Shown here piece by piece: positions 1 to 7,820 of a stretch of 64,000 bases of DNA; position 1 is the first letter of the stretch, and each line of letters opens with the position of its first letter. The notes beneath the pieces were generated by a model. That model worked only from the letters and a program-made list of their open reading frames with translations, was not told the origin of the DNA and did not search any database. Where the stretch lies: IMG/VR virus record IMGVR_UViG_3300009788_000106, positions 1 through 64,000 of that record; one strand, written 5' to 3'. The stretch is from a virus. The translations under genes and the position numbers were made by a program.

Positions 1-464
1 CCAGCTACCTGCAGGAATCCACCCGCTACTGCAACTATGGCGGCACCGGTCTCACGTTCATCGAACCGCCTTGGGTGAACATCCATGACCCACTCGCGCC
101 GGGCCTGTTCACCCGCAATGATTTCAAAGTTGACTGCCGTACACAGGAAGCCGTGTACTTGCGCTGGCTGAACTGGGGCTGGAAGCCTCAGCAGGCCCGG
201 TACTTCCTGCCCAATGGGATCAAGACCGAGATCGCCGCCACAATGAATCTCGGGGGCTGGCACAACTTTTTCGACAAGCGGGCCGACGCTGCAGCACACC
301 CACAGATGAGGCAATTGGCCGTCCCACTGCTCCGGTACTTCAAGGAGCGGCTCCCAATGTTCTATGAGGACATCGAGCTTCCCCTGTTGCCATACCCGGA
401 GGCAGAACTGATCGAGAACTTTGGGTATGGCACGGTCCCGGTGACTGTGGTGTACAAGGACTAA
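1..464 (+). CDS. hypothetical protein, 5'-truncated at window edge; shares a W-GWKP motif with the downstream radical SAM protein
   Basis: Frame 3 is open from position 3 to the stop at 462-464, and the listed ORF 75..464 has no in-frame stop upstream. Contains motif WLNWGWKPQQARYF, similar to VERWGWKPSTRRF in the 706..1554 product. Confidence 0.45.
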   Translation, partial: SYLQESTRYCNYGGTGLTFIEPPWVNIHDPLAPGLFTRNDFKVDCRTQEAVYLRWLNWGWKPQQARYFLPNGIKTEIAATMNLGGWHNFFDKRADAAAHPQMRQLAVPLLRYFKERLPMFYEDIELPLLPYPEAELIENFGYGTVPVTVVYKD

Positions 465-467
465 ACT

Positions 468-704
468 ATGAACAACGCAAGCAGCACGACCATTAGCTTC
501 ATGCCGGCAAACATCACCCGGCGAATGATGCACGGCCTCAGCGCTAACTCCGACTTGGACCCATCGGTCGAGGGATACCGGCGTGGACTTGAAGAACCCA
601 AAGTCTATAAAGAAAGCAGAGCGGCAAAGAAGCTGCGTCTTGCCTATGAGGAGTGCGAACGCCTCAATAAGGAATGGGCCGAGCAGCAAGCCGCGGGAGG
701 GTAG
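468..704 (+). CDS. hypothetical small protein (78 aa)
   Basis: ATG ORF tightly packed between flanking genes; its stop (702-704) lies within the RBS of the next gene. No recognisable motifs. Confidence 0.35.
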   Translation: MNNASSTTISFMPANITRRMMHGLSANSDLDPSVEGYRRGLEEPKVYKESRAAKKLRLAYEECERLNKEWAEQQAAGG

Positions 705-705
705 T

Positions 706-1554
706 ATGAGCAATTCAACGTGGCGGTGGCCTGTGGTACCCATCGGGGGCCCTCAGAGCCTCGACTTGACCGGCAGCGACGTGATCCTGTCTCGTGGTCT
801 GCCAACATTCAGAACGTGCGACACTAACCGGTCTCGCATTGCTTGCCGGTTCCCAGAGTACTTCGTTGAACGCTGGGGCTGGAAGCCGTCCACCCGTCGG
901 TTCGTTGCCCAGCTTTACGGGTGCCACCTTGATTGCGCCTACTGTTCGATCCATCTTGAAGGCGTATGGGGGCGGCACACCGGCTACAGTACCGCTGGGC
1001 TGATAACTGAGTTCACCTGCATCCAGGACTTCAACTGGGCGCACCAGGACACCATTGACACGCTGGACACCTTCCACCTGAGCGGTGGTGCACCCGAACT
1101 GTACATGGGAATGTGGCCTGCCCTGATCGAAAGCCTCAAGGAGAACGCCAGGGAACAAACCGCGTTCCACTCGGACCTGACCCTATCGGCGCACCGGTAC
1201 CAGTCAAACACGTTGAACCAACTGCAAACCCTCAAGCGGAACTGCATGTTTGCCGTGAACGTCAAGGGCTGGTCCCCAGATGAGTACTTCCGCCTGACCC
1301 GCAAGAAACAGTTTAACCCGGCCCTCATGCTTGACAACTTAGAGGCGCTGCTTGGATGGGGCATCCCACTGTACATCACATACACCGGTATGGCCGAGGA
1401 CTCCATCGACCGGTTCGAGCAGGCCGCTGCGAAGCGCGTAGAGGGCTGGGGTGAGCACATTAACCGCTGGCGCATACCCATCCACGCATACAACGCCATG
1501 AACGTCACCAGCACCGCCCAATGGGGCACAGAGTTCGTGCCAGGCAGCGGGTAA
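706..1554 (+). CDS. radical SAM domain protein (GC-x3-C-x-YC cluster, SplB/COG1533-like spacing)
   Basis: ATG at 706 is preceded by GGGAGGG. The product contains YGCHLDCAYCSI, the CxxxCxxC radical-SAM 4Fe-4S motif, about 75 residues from the N-terminus. Confidence 0.6.
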   Translation: MSNSTWRWPVVPIGGPQSLDLTGSDVILSRGLPTFRTCDTNRSRIACRFPEYFVERWGWKPSTRRFVAQLYGCHLDCAYCSIHLEGVWGRHTGYSTAGLITEFTCIQDFNWAHQDTIDTLDTFHLSGGAPELYMGMWPALIESLKENAREQTAFHSDLTLSAHRYQSNTLNQLQTLKRNCMFAVNVKGWSPDEYFRLTRKKQFNPALMLDNLEALLGWGIPLYITYTGMAEDSIDRFEQAAAKRVEGWGEHINRWRIPIHAYNAMNVTSTAQWGTEFVPGSG

Positions 1555-1665
1555 CACCCGCCCCAACTCCCGGCACGGGTCGGGGAGCGGAGGAGACGTC
1601 ACCTAGCACGCAGCAAAATGCCCCGGTCCAGCCAACCGGGGCATTGCTGTTTTTGAATTTGCGGA

Positions 1666-1687
1666 GGCGGGGGCTTGCGCCCCCCGC
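1666..1687. terminator. GC-rich 9-bp perfect hairpin between convergent genes (GGCGGGGGC-ttgc-GCCCCCGCC)
   Basis: Perfect inverted repeat seen directly. It lacks a canonical downstream U-tract on either strand, so it may be a factor-dependent or bidirectional stop. Confidence 0.3.
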
Positions 1688-1699
1688 CAACTCCCAGGT

Positions 1700-3772
1700 C
1701 TACTTCCAGATCCCACCAGCCAGTTCAACGGCTTCCTGCCCGAGCTGGGTCCGGTACTTGGTGACCAGCCGCTGACACGCTACTGCCATGGGACCGGTTA
1801 AGGAAACCTTCGAGGCCATCTCATGCCCGAACACTACATCCCAGCGGTTGAACCCGGCTCCGTCCAACTCCCTGGCACCGTCACACATGCCCGCTAGCCG
1901 CCTCATCGCATTGTGCACTGCGTCGATCTGGGCCGGCGTAATGGTGAGGCGGGCCAATTCCTTTTTCTCGTCCTTGGTGAGTTCCGCCTTCTGCCGGAGT
2001 ACTTCCGCCCGCTTCTCCGGTCCTAGCACCGTGGTGAGCTTGCTAGGCACGTTTACCGGTACCGCTACGGTCTCCCGCGGAGTACCTTGGATGTCTAGGA
2101 TGCGGTCCTGCACGTTTTGCTTCGAGACTAGGATGTGGGCCATGCGGCACTGTACTGAACCCTCGACTACGAAGTGCTCAACGAAAACCGAGTCGGTCTG
2201 GCCGATGCGGTGGCACCTGTCCTCACACTGAGTGACGTTGCCCGGTACCCAATCCAGTTCGGCAAAGACAACGTGGCTTGCGGCGGTAAGGGTTAGCCCG
2301 GTACCCGCGGCGATGATGTTGCCCACGAACAAGGTGACTGCCGGGTCATTCTGGAACCGGTCAACCGACATGTGCTTGTTCGCTGAGGTAGTCCCTCCGA
2401 TTACCAGGACTGCCCGGTCGGAGAACTTGGCATAGATGGCCTTGGCAATGTCGCGGTGGTGGCAGAAGCAAACCACCTTGTGACCCGGAGTGCTGAGCAC
2501 ATTCTCAAGGTGCTCAAGGACCGACGGTAGCATCCGCTGGGCAACTGCGTGCCGCGTCTTGGACATGGTCTCGAAGGCCAGTTCCATGAGGTTCTCCAGT
2601 TTGGCCACAGCCGTTTTGTACTCTTCCTCATGTGTGTCCGGGTCCAAGTCCTTCAGTTCGCTGTTCACCGCGGCCACCTTGGCAAAGGCTTCTTCCGCCC
2701 CGGCTTCATCGTCGCCCAGCAGATCCGAGATCAGTTCCTTGGGAAGCTCGACCACTTTGCGGAGCTTGGCCGGCAGTTCCTTGAGCACGTCAATCTTCAG
2801 GCGCCGGATCATCACCGTCTCCCGCAGATACCGTTGCAGTTCGGCCTCATTGCTGCTGCCGTCAAACTTCCACCCATACTGAGTCTTGATGGCTCCGCAG
2901 TACCGGTTAACGAATCTCCACCAATTCTTGAAGATACCCAAGGACCAGAGGATGCCGAAGGCCTCGACTGGTTTGTTCGGGATCGGGGTTCCGGTAAGGT
3001 ACACGCGCTTGCGGGTGTTGAGACCGGAGATGGGTTCCTTGCCAATGGCAAAGTCCTTGCGGCTGCTGTCCCAGCGGCCCCACCAGCCCAGTACTGCCTG
3101 CGACCGCTTGGCCTCAGGACTCTTCAGGAAGTGGGCTTCGTCACACACGACCATGTCCCACTGAACCGACCGGAGCCAGCCAGCGTGCCGGTCTGCCAGT
3201 TCGTAGTTCATGATGACCACGTCGGTGCTCGGCAGGCTGTCACCATTGGTAATGCCGATGGTAAGGTTGACCACCAGCCAGCGTACCAGTTCCTGCAGCC
3301 AGTTGAGCTTGAGATGCGCCGGGCACATAATGAGGATCTTGCGGAGGGTTTTGTCGAAGTTGATTGCCCCGGCGACTTGGATGGTCTTGCCCAGCCCCAT
3401 CTCATCGGCCAGCAGAGTGCAGGCCCGGCTTACGATCCACCAAATCCCGGCAAGCTGGAAGGGGAAGTACTTGAAACCTTTGGGCGCGTCAACCTTGATG
3501 CTAGCGTCGGTGGCCCGGCTCGCCTCGGTTGCGGCGTTCTTGGCTTCGATCTTTTTGTTGTGGGTCTCGACCGCCTTGGCAGGGTCCTTGGTAAGGTTTG
3601 CTGCCTTGGCACTGTCATCGGTCCACCAGACTTTCCGTCCGGGGTTGCCCGGGAACCGTTTCCATGTGAAGCCGGCCGCTTTCGGATATGCCCGGAAGTC
3701 ATAGCCGCCTTGAAAAACATAGATGTCCTTGCCGCCGACTGCCTCTTTGATTACTGACCATGTTTGTTCCAT
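1700..3772 (-). CDS. SNF2/RAD54-family DNA-dependent ATPase/helicase
   Basis: Motifs LGKTIQ (Walker A-like), VVCDEAHFLK (DEAH), LTGTPIPN and a C-terminal helicase domain. The ATG at 3772 sits 5 nt after a -10 element, so the transcript is leaderless (the ORF track extends to a GTG at 3787). Confidence 0.85.
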   Translation of the reverse strand: MEQTWSVIKEAVGGKDIYVFQGGYDFRAYPKAAGFTWKRFPGNPGRKVWWTDDSAKAANLTKDPAKAVETHNKKIEAKNAATEASRATDASIKVDAPKGFKYFPFQLAGIWWIVSRACTLLADEMGLGKTIQVAGAINFDKTLRKILIMCPAHLKLNWLQELVRWLVVNLTIGITNGDSLPSTDVVIMNYELADRHAGWLRSVQWDMVVCDEAHFLKSPEAKRSQAVLGWWGRWDSSRKDFAIGKEPISGLNTRKRVYLTGTPIPNKPVEAFGILWSLGIFKNWWRFVNRYCGAIKTQYGWKFDGSSNEAELQRYLRETVMIRRLKIDVLKELPAKLRKVVELPKELISDLLGDDEAGAEEAFAKVAAVNSELKDLDPDTHEEEYKTAVAKLENLMELAFETMSKTRHAVAQRMLPSVLEHLENVLSTPGHKVVCFCHHRDIAKAIYAKFSDRAVLVIGGTTSANKHMSVDRFQNDPAVTLFVGNIIAAGTGLTLTAASHVVFAELDWVPGNVTQCEDRCHRIGQTDSVFVEHFVVEGSVQCRMAHILVSKQNVQDRILDIQGTPRETVAVPVNVPSKLTTVLGPEKRAEVLRQKAELTKDEKKELARLTITPAQIDAVHNAMRRLAGMCDGARELDGAGFNRWDVVFGHEMASKVSLTGPMAVACQRLVTKYRTQLGQEAVELAGGIWK

Positions 3773-3777
3773 GACTA

Positions 3778-3806
3778 AAAATACCACGGTTTTGCCTGGC
3801 CGTCAA
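3778..3806 (-). promoter_or_regulatory. class I promoter: TTGACG-N17(GCCAGGCAAAACCGTGG)-TATTTT, then tagtc-ATG (leaderless)
   Basis: On the minus strand: TTGACGGCCAGGCAAAACCGTGGTATTTTtagtcATG. One member of a family of about 10 near-identical copies. Confidence 0.5.
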
Positions 3807-3812
3807 GTGTTT

Positions 3813-3845
3813 AGGCAAAAAAATACCCACCGCCTGCGCAGTGGG
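3813..3845 (-). terminator. intrinsic terminator for the 3860..4132 gene (hairpin CCCACcgcctgcgcaGTGGG plus U-tract on the minus strand)
   Basis: Stem CCCAC/GTGGG at 3826-3845; the following plus-strand AAAAAAATA (3813-3822) reads as a U-tract on the minus-strand RNA. Confidence 0.4.
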
Positions 3846-3859
3846 TTGTGGGGTCCTGC

Positions 3860-4132
3860 CTAGCGCAGGACTGGCTGCCGGTACCAGCCCGGCCCCGAAA
3901 GGGTCTCAGTCTCTCTGGCTTCCCGTGCGTGCCAGCAGGTCCACTCGGCTACGATCCGCCAGCCGCCCCAATCGTACTTTGCCTTGGCAGCCATGAGTTC
4001 CTCCGGCGTGCGGACGAAGTACACATAAATCTTCCAGCGGTTCGTCTCCAGGATTGAGCCGGGGTTTGCGGCTTGGACTTTCTTTGCCTCTGCCTTGGCT
4101 TGCTTGTTGGTTTGGGGTTTGCGCCGTTCCAT
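3860..4132 (-). CDS. hypothetical protein (90 aa), leaderless
   Basis: ATG at 4132-4130 lies 5 nt downstream of the -10 element CACTAT of a class I promoter. The ORF track extends to an upstream GTG. Confidence 0.45.
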   Translation of the reverse strand: MERRKPQTNKQAKAEAKKVQAANPGSILETNRWKIYVYFVRTPEELMAAKAKYDWGGWRIVAEWTCWHAREARETETLSGPGWYRQPVLR

Positions 4133-4137
4133 GACCC

Positions 4138-4166
4138 ATAGTGACACGGTTTTGCCTGGCTGTCAA
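4138..4166 (-). promoter_or_regulatory. class I promoter: TTGACA-N17(GCCAGGCAAAACCGTGT)-CACTAT, then gggtc-ATG
   Basis: Reverse complement of 4138-4166 read directly from the sequence. Confidence 0.5.
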
Positions 4167-4190
4167 CAGAAAAAGACATGCCGGCGATTT

Positions 4191-4212
4191 CTAGTTGACT
4201 TTAGTCAACTAG
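4191..4212. promoter_or_regulatory. perfect 9-bp inverted repeat CTAGTTGAC-ttta-GTCAACTAG upstream of the terminase gene
   Basis: Palindrome seen directly. It contains two opposed TTGAC hexamers and is followed 8 nt later by cgTACCATGTAcc, a class-II-like element. Confidence 0.4.
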
Positions 4213-4296
4213 CTGTGCGTACCATGTACCAGTAGCGAGATTCACGGTAACGCGCTTCCAGTGGGAGCACCTGGCAACTCTGATGGTGCCCTATCT

Positions 4297-5688
4297 ATGG
4301 AAATGCGCAGACAACAGTACGACGCCGGTGTTATGGCCGGGTATGAATCCCAACTGCAAGCGCAGGAGGATGCCGGCGTTAACTGGGCGGCGAACCTCAT
4401 TCCCCGAATGTCCAAGTACTGCCCGCACATCGCCACCGAACGCCAGACCTGTGCGCTGCTCCTGAATGATTATCTGGAGCTATTCTTCGGTGGGGCGGCT
4501 GGCGGTGGCAAGTCCGACTACCTGCTGATGGCAGCACTCCAGTACATCGACGTGCCAGGTTACAACGCACTGATCCTCCGCCGCACGTTTAGCCAATTGA
4601 ACATGGCCGACTCGATCCTACACCGTGCGCACCAGTGGCTGCAGGCAACCGATGCTCAGTGGGAAGGCAAACACAATCGGTATGTATTCCCAGCCGGGTC
4701 CTCGATCCAGTTTGGGTACCTGCAACACGAGAACGACAAGTATCAGTACGATTCTGCTGCCTTCCAGTTCATTGGGTTTGACGAGCTGTCCCAGTTCCTT
4801 GAGTCCCAGTACACATTCCTGTTCGGTCGCCTCCGCAAACCCGTCGGCTTCCCGGTACCACTACGCATGCGCGGAGCCTCGAACCCTGGCGGCGTGGGCC
4901 ACCTATGGTCCAAGAAACGGTTTATCGAGAAGAGCACCGTTCGCGGCAAGAGCATTTTTATCCCGTCGCTGCTAGAGGACAACCCTCATATCGATCAGGT
5001 GGCGTACGAGGAATCTCTATCGATGCTCGACCCCATCACGCGGGCGCAGAGACGCTGGGGCGACTGGAACGCCAGTCTCGAAGGTGCCCTGTTCAAGTTC
5101 GAATGGTTCCAAAACTACTGCGACATCGCGGCCGTTCCCTTTGAGTGCAGCCGCATGCGCTTCTGGGATCTTGCCGGCACGGAGGCCAAGAAGAAGTCCA
5201 CGAACCCTGACTGGACTGTCGGCGTTCGTGTGGCCATGGCGCCGAACGGTATTTGGTACATCGAGGACGTGCGCCGCGACCGCCTGTCTCCCCTCCGGGT
5301 TGAAGAACTGGTCTCGGCTACAGCCAAGCTGGACGGGCGGAATTGTCGTATCAGGATGGAGCAGGAACCCGGCGCCTCAGGCAAAACGGTTATCGCCCAG
5401 TACCTGCGGCAATTGGTAGGGTATGACTTTGCGGGTATCTGCGCCAGCGGCCCGAAGTATGTACGCTGGAGGCCCTTTGCGGCGCAGGCCGAAGGTGGCA
5501 ACGTCACACTAGTGAATGGACCTTGGAACCACGAATGGCTGCAGGAGATCTGTTCGGTTACACAGACCATGGAGCACGAACACGACGATCAGGCGGATGC
5601 CACGTCGGGTGCGTTCAACACATTGGCACTTGAGCCGGCCGTCGAATACGGCGTGTCCCGGCTAGGTGGCGGAAGGCGACAACGATGA
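4297..5688 (+). CDS. terL: terminase large subunit
   Basis: Walker A region LFFGGAAGGGKSDYLL, with ATPase and nuclease-domain architecture typical of TerL. The start is uncertain (ATG at 4297 or 4303; the ORF track begins at a GTG at 4261). Confidence 0.8.
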   Translation: MEMRRQQYDAGVMAGYESQLQAQEDAGVNWAANLIPRMSKYCPHIATERQTCALLLNDYLELFFGGAAGGGKSDYLLMAALQYIDVPGYNALILRRTFSQLNMADSILHRAHQWLQATDAQWEGKHNRYVFPAGSSIQFGYLQHENDKYQYDSAAFQFIGFDELSQFLESQYTFLFGRLRKPVGFPVPLRMRGASNPGGVGHLWSKKRFIEKSTVRGKSIFIPSLLEDNPHIDQVAYEESLSMLDPITRAQRRWGDWNASLEGALFKFEWFQNYCDIAAVPFECSRMRFWDLAGTEAKKKSTNPDWTVGVRVAMAPNGIWYIEDVRRDRLSPLRVEELVSATAKLDGRNCRIRMEQEPGASGKTVIAQYLRQLVGYDFAGICASGPKYVRWRPFAAQAEGGNVTLVNGPWNHEWLQEICSVTQTMEHEHDDQADATSGAFNTLALEPAVEYGVSRLGGGRRQR

Positions 5689-6302
5689 AATTTCAAAGAG
5701 CGGAGCGACCCATTGAAGTGAAGAAGGACGGTGACAGCTACGTCCCGGCAGGCAGGTGCCAGGTGCAGGAGGTACTATACGAAGGCCAAAACATAATGCC
5801 TTTGGTGCTGAGCATTGTTAAGCAGATCCCCATTCCACCAGACATTCGGGTGGACCACGATGCAGTCGTGGCGGAGGCCCTGTTTGGACTGAGCAAAGCA
5901 ATCCCCCTGTTTGATGGCACCCGTGGAGCCAAGTTTAGCACGTTCGCCTTCACCCGGATTCGTGGTGCCATCCTGGACATGATCCAAAGGGAACGCAAGT
6001 ACACGACCCGGTTTCAGCTTGAGCACCCTGCCGACTTCGATCTTCAAGAAAGCACAACGGACTTGGAAGCCGAGATCGATAAGCGCACACTGTTCCTCAA
6101 AGTGTCCAAGGTCCTCGAAGAGCGTGTACCGGTTCTAGAGGCGACTGTGATCATTCGGTCGTTCCTTGAAGGCCGCTCCGATGAGGAGATTGGGGCCGAA
6201 CTTGGGATGGACGAGTTCGACGTCCCCGATATCCGGTCACGGGGTTTGGCCATGGTCCGGGAACACTTCCCGGGCTGTCTCGCGATTATTAACAGGCAGT
6301 AA
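5685..6302 (+). CDS. sigma-70 family RNA polymerase sigma factor (regions 2 and 4)
   Basis: Region 2: DAVVAEALFGLSKAIPLFDGTRGAKFSTFAFTRIRGAILDMI. Region 4-like C-terminus: SDEEIGAELGMDEFDVPDIRSRGLAMVREH. The ATG overlaps the terL stop (ATGA). Confidence 0.7.
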   Translation: MKFQRAERPIEVKKDGDSYVPAGRCQVQEVLYEGQNIMPLVLSIVKQIPIPPDIRVDHDAVVAEALFGLSKAIPLFDGTRGAKFSTFAFTRIRGAILDMIQRERKYTTRFQLEHPADFDLQESTTDLEAEIDKRTLFLKVSKVLEERVPVLEATVIIRSFLEGRSDEEIGAELGMDEFDVPDIRSRGLAMVREHFPGCLAIINRQ

Positions 6303-6316
6303 GGGAGACTGCGCTT

Positions 6317-7672
6317 ATGAACTTTGTTACAGGTATCCAGAACTTTTTTGGCATGAAGGGCTCAGGCCCGCAAGCACTAGGGCACGTCTCCCTGATGTTC
6401 CAGTCAGGCACTAGCGGTGGTCTGTTTGGTGGCAAAGGGAACTTCACGTACAAGCAGGCGGTGACCGAAGGCTACAAGCAGCTGGTCTGGGTCTACCGCT
6501 GTAACCGGTCCATCGGTGAGGCGGTGGCGTCCGTCCCGTGGAAGGCCTACAAGAAAGCGGCCGATGGCACGGAGACACCACTGCCGGGTCACCCGCTCGA
6601 ACTGCTGATGGAGAAGCCAAACCCGTTCTACAGCCGCAAGGAATTCTTCGAGAACTGGGCAACGAACCTTGGCTTGGCAGGCGAGTGCTTCTGGGAAATC
6701 GTGTACGTCGGCCGGCCGGCTGTACCTTTCCAGTTGTTCCCCCTGCGCCCGGATTGGATGACGGTGAAGCCACACCCGACCAACTATATCGACCGGTACG
6801 AACTCGACACGGGGCAGGGCAAACCGATCAAGTACAAACCGGTCAACATCATCCACATGAAGTACATGGACCCGCTGAATGAGTACCGCGGGCAATCGCC
6901 TTTGACCGCAGCGGCCAGGACAGTGCAGACCGAGAACGCAGCCGTCAAGTGGAACAAAGCAATCCTTGACAATTCAGCGGTGCCCGGTGGATTCCTCAAG
7001 GTGCCAGCGCAGGTCCTTCAACAGCAACAGAAGTCCGAGATCGAGGACAGCCTTGAAGATGGGTTCTCCGGTGACAACGTGCACCGCCCGATGGTCCTAT
7101 GGGGCGGCATGGAATGGCACCAGATGGGGATGAACCAAAAGGAAATGGAATTCCTTGCGCAGCGCAACGTGAACAAGTATGAGATCTGCGCCATCTACGG
7201 GGTGCCACCTCAGATCGTTGGTGCGCAGGAGGACCCGACGTACAGCAACTACTCTGTTGCCCGCCTGTCGTTCTGGGAGGACAGCATCATGGGACTGCTG
7301 GATTGGCTACAGTCCAGAGTCAATACCAGACTTGCCCCGTTCTGGGGTGACGACATTGTCATGCGTTACGATCTGTCGGAAGTCCCGGCAATGCGCCAGG
7401 CCTTCGGGGAGAAGATGGAGCAGGCGGAACGTCTGGTGAAAATGGGATACCCGATCAATGCCGTGAACGAACGGCTACACCTTGGTCTCCCGAATGTGGA
7501 ATGGGGTGACGTGGCTTGGATGCCCGCTACCCTTCAGCCTATCAGTACCGCTGAGGCACCAGCCCCTGCCGACATAGTCCCGGTAGCCGATGACGACGAT
7601 GAGCCAGTCGAGGAGCCGGAAGTCGATGATGATGAAGGTGTCGATGACCCGGTCGAGGACGGCGACGCCTAA
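6317..7672 (+). CDS. portal protein
   Basis: 451 aa in the portal position, with an acidic C-terminal tail (DDDDEPVEEPEVDDDEGVDDPVEDGDA) and an RBS GGGAG upstream. Confidence 0.75.
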   Translation: MNFVTGIQNFFGMKGSGPQALGHVSLMFQSGTSGGLFGGKGNFTYKQAVTEGYKQLVWVYRCNRSIGEAVASVPWKAYKKAADGTETPLPGHPLELLMEKPNPFYSRKEFFENWATNLGLAGECFWEIVYVGRPAVPFQLFPLRPDWMTVKPHPTNYIDRYELDTGQGKPIKYKPVNIIHMKYMDPLNEYRGQSPLTAAARTVQTENAAVKWNKAILDNSAVPGGFLKVPAQVLQQQQKSEIEDSLEDGFSGDNVHRPMVLWGGMEWHQMGMNQKEMEFLAQRNVNKYEICAIYGVPPQIVGAQEDPTYSNYSVARLSFWEDSIMGLLDWLQSRVNTRLAPFWGDDIVMRYDLSEVPAMRQAFGEKMEQAERLVKMGYPINAVNERLHLGLPNVEWGDVAWMPATLQPISTAEAPAPADIVPVADDDDEPVEEPEVDDDEGVDDPVEDGDA

Positions 7673-7680
7673 GGAACCCC

Positions 7681-7764
7681 TATGACTTACTTGAAGCACA
7701 TTCAACCAAGGTGGTACGCTGTTCTAATCGTTCTGGTCGTAGCGAACCTCTGGTTGCGATTCTA
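7681..7764 (+). CDS. possible 27-aa hydrophobic micro-protein (MTYLKHIQPRWYAVLIVLVVANLWLRF)
   Basis: Short ORF in the 140-nt portal/morphogenesis intergenic region with an AAGGAAC-like RBS and a single predicted TM helix. Speculative. Confidence 0.2.
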
Positions 7765-7820
7765 ACGGTTCGGGGCGGGTAACTCCATCCCGAACCCTAC
7801 CTGTCCGTGTGGGAGCGTCT

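Noticed and set aside
984-1602. Minus-strand ORFs overlapping the radical SAM gene
   Set aside because: The plus-strand gene has the CxxxCxxC motif and an RBS; the antisense frames have no support.
2549-3757. Plus-strand 402-aa ORF opposite the SNF2 helicase
   Set aside because: It lies entirely inside the minus-strand helicase gene, which has clear helicase motifs. The plus ORF has a proline- and arginine-rich artefactual composition.
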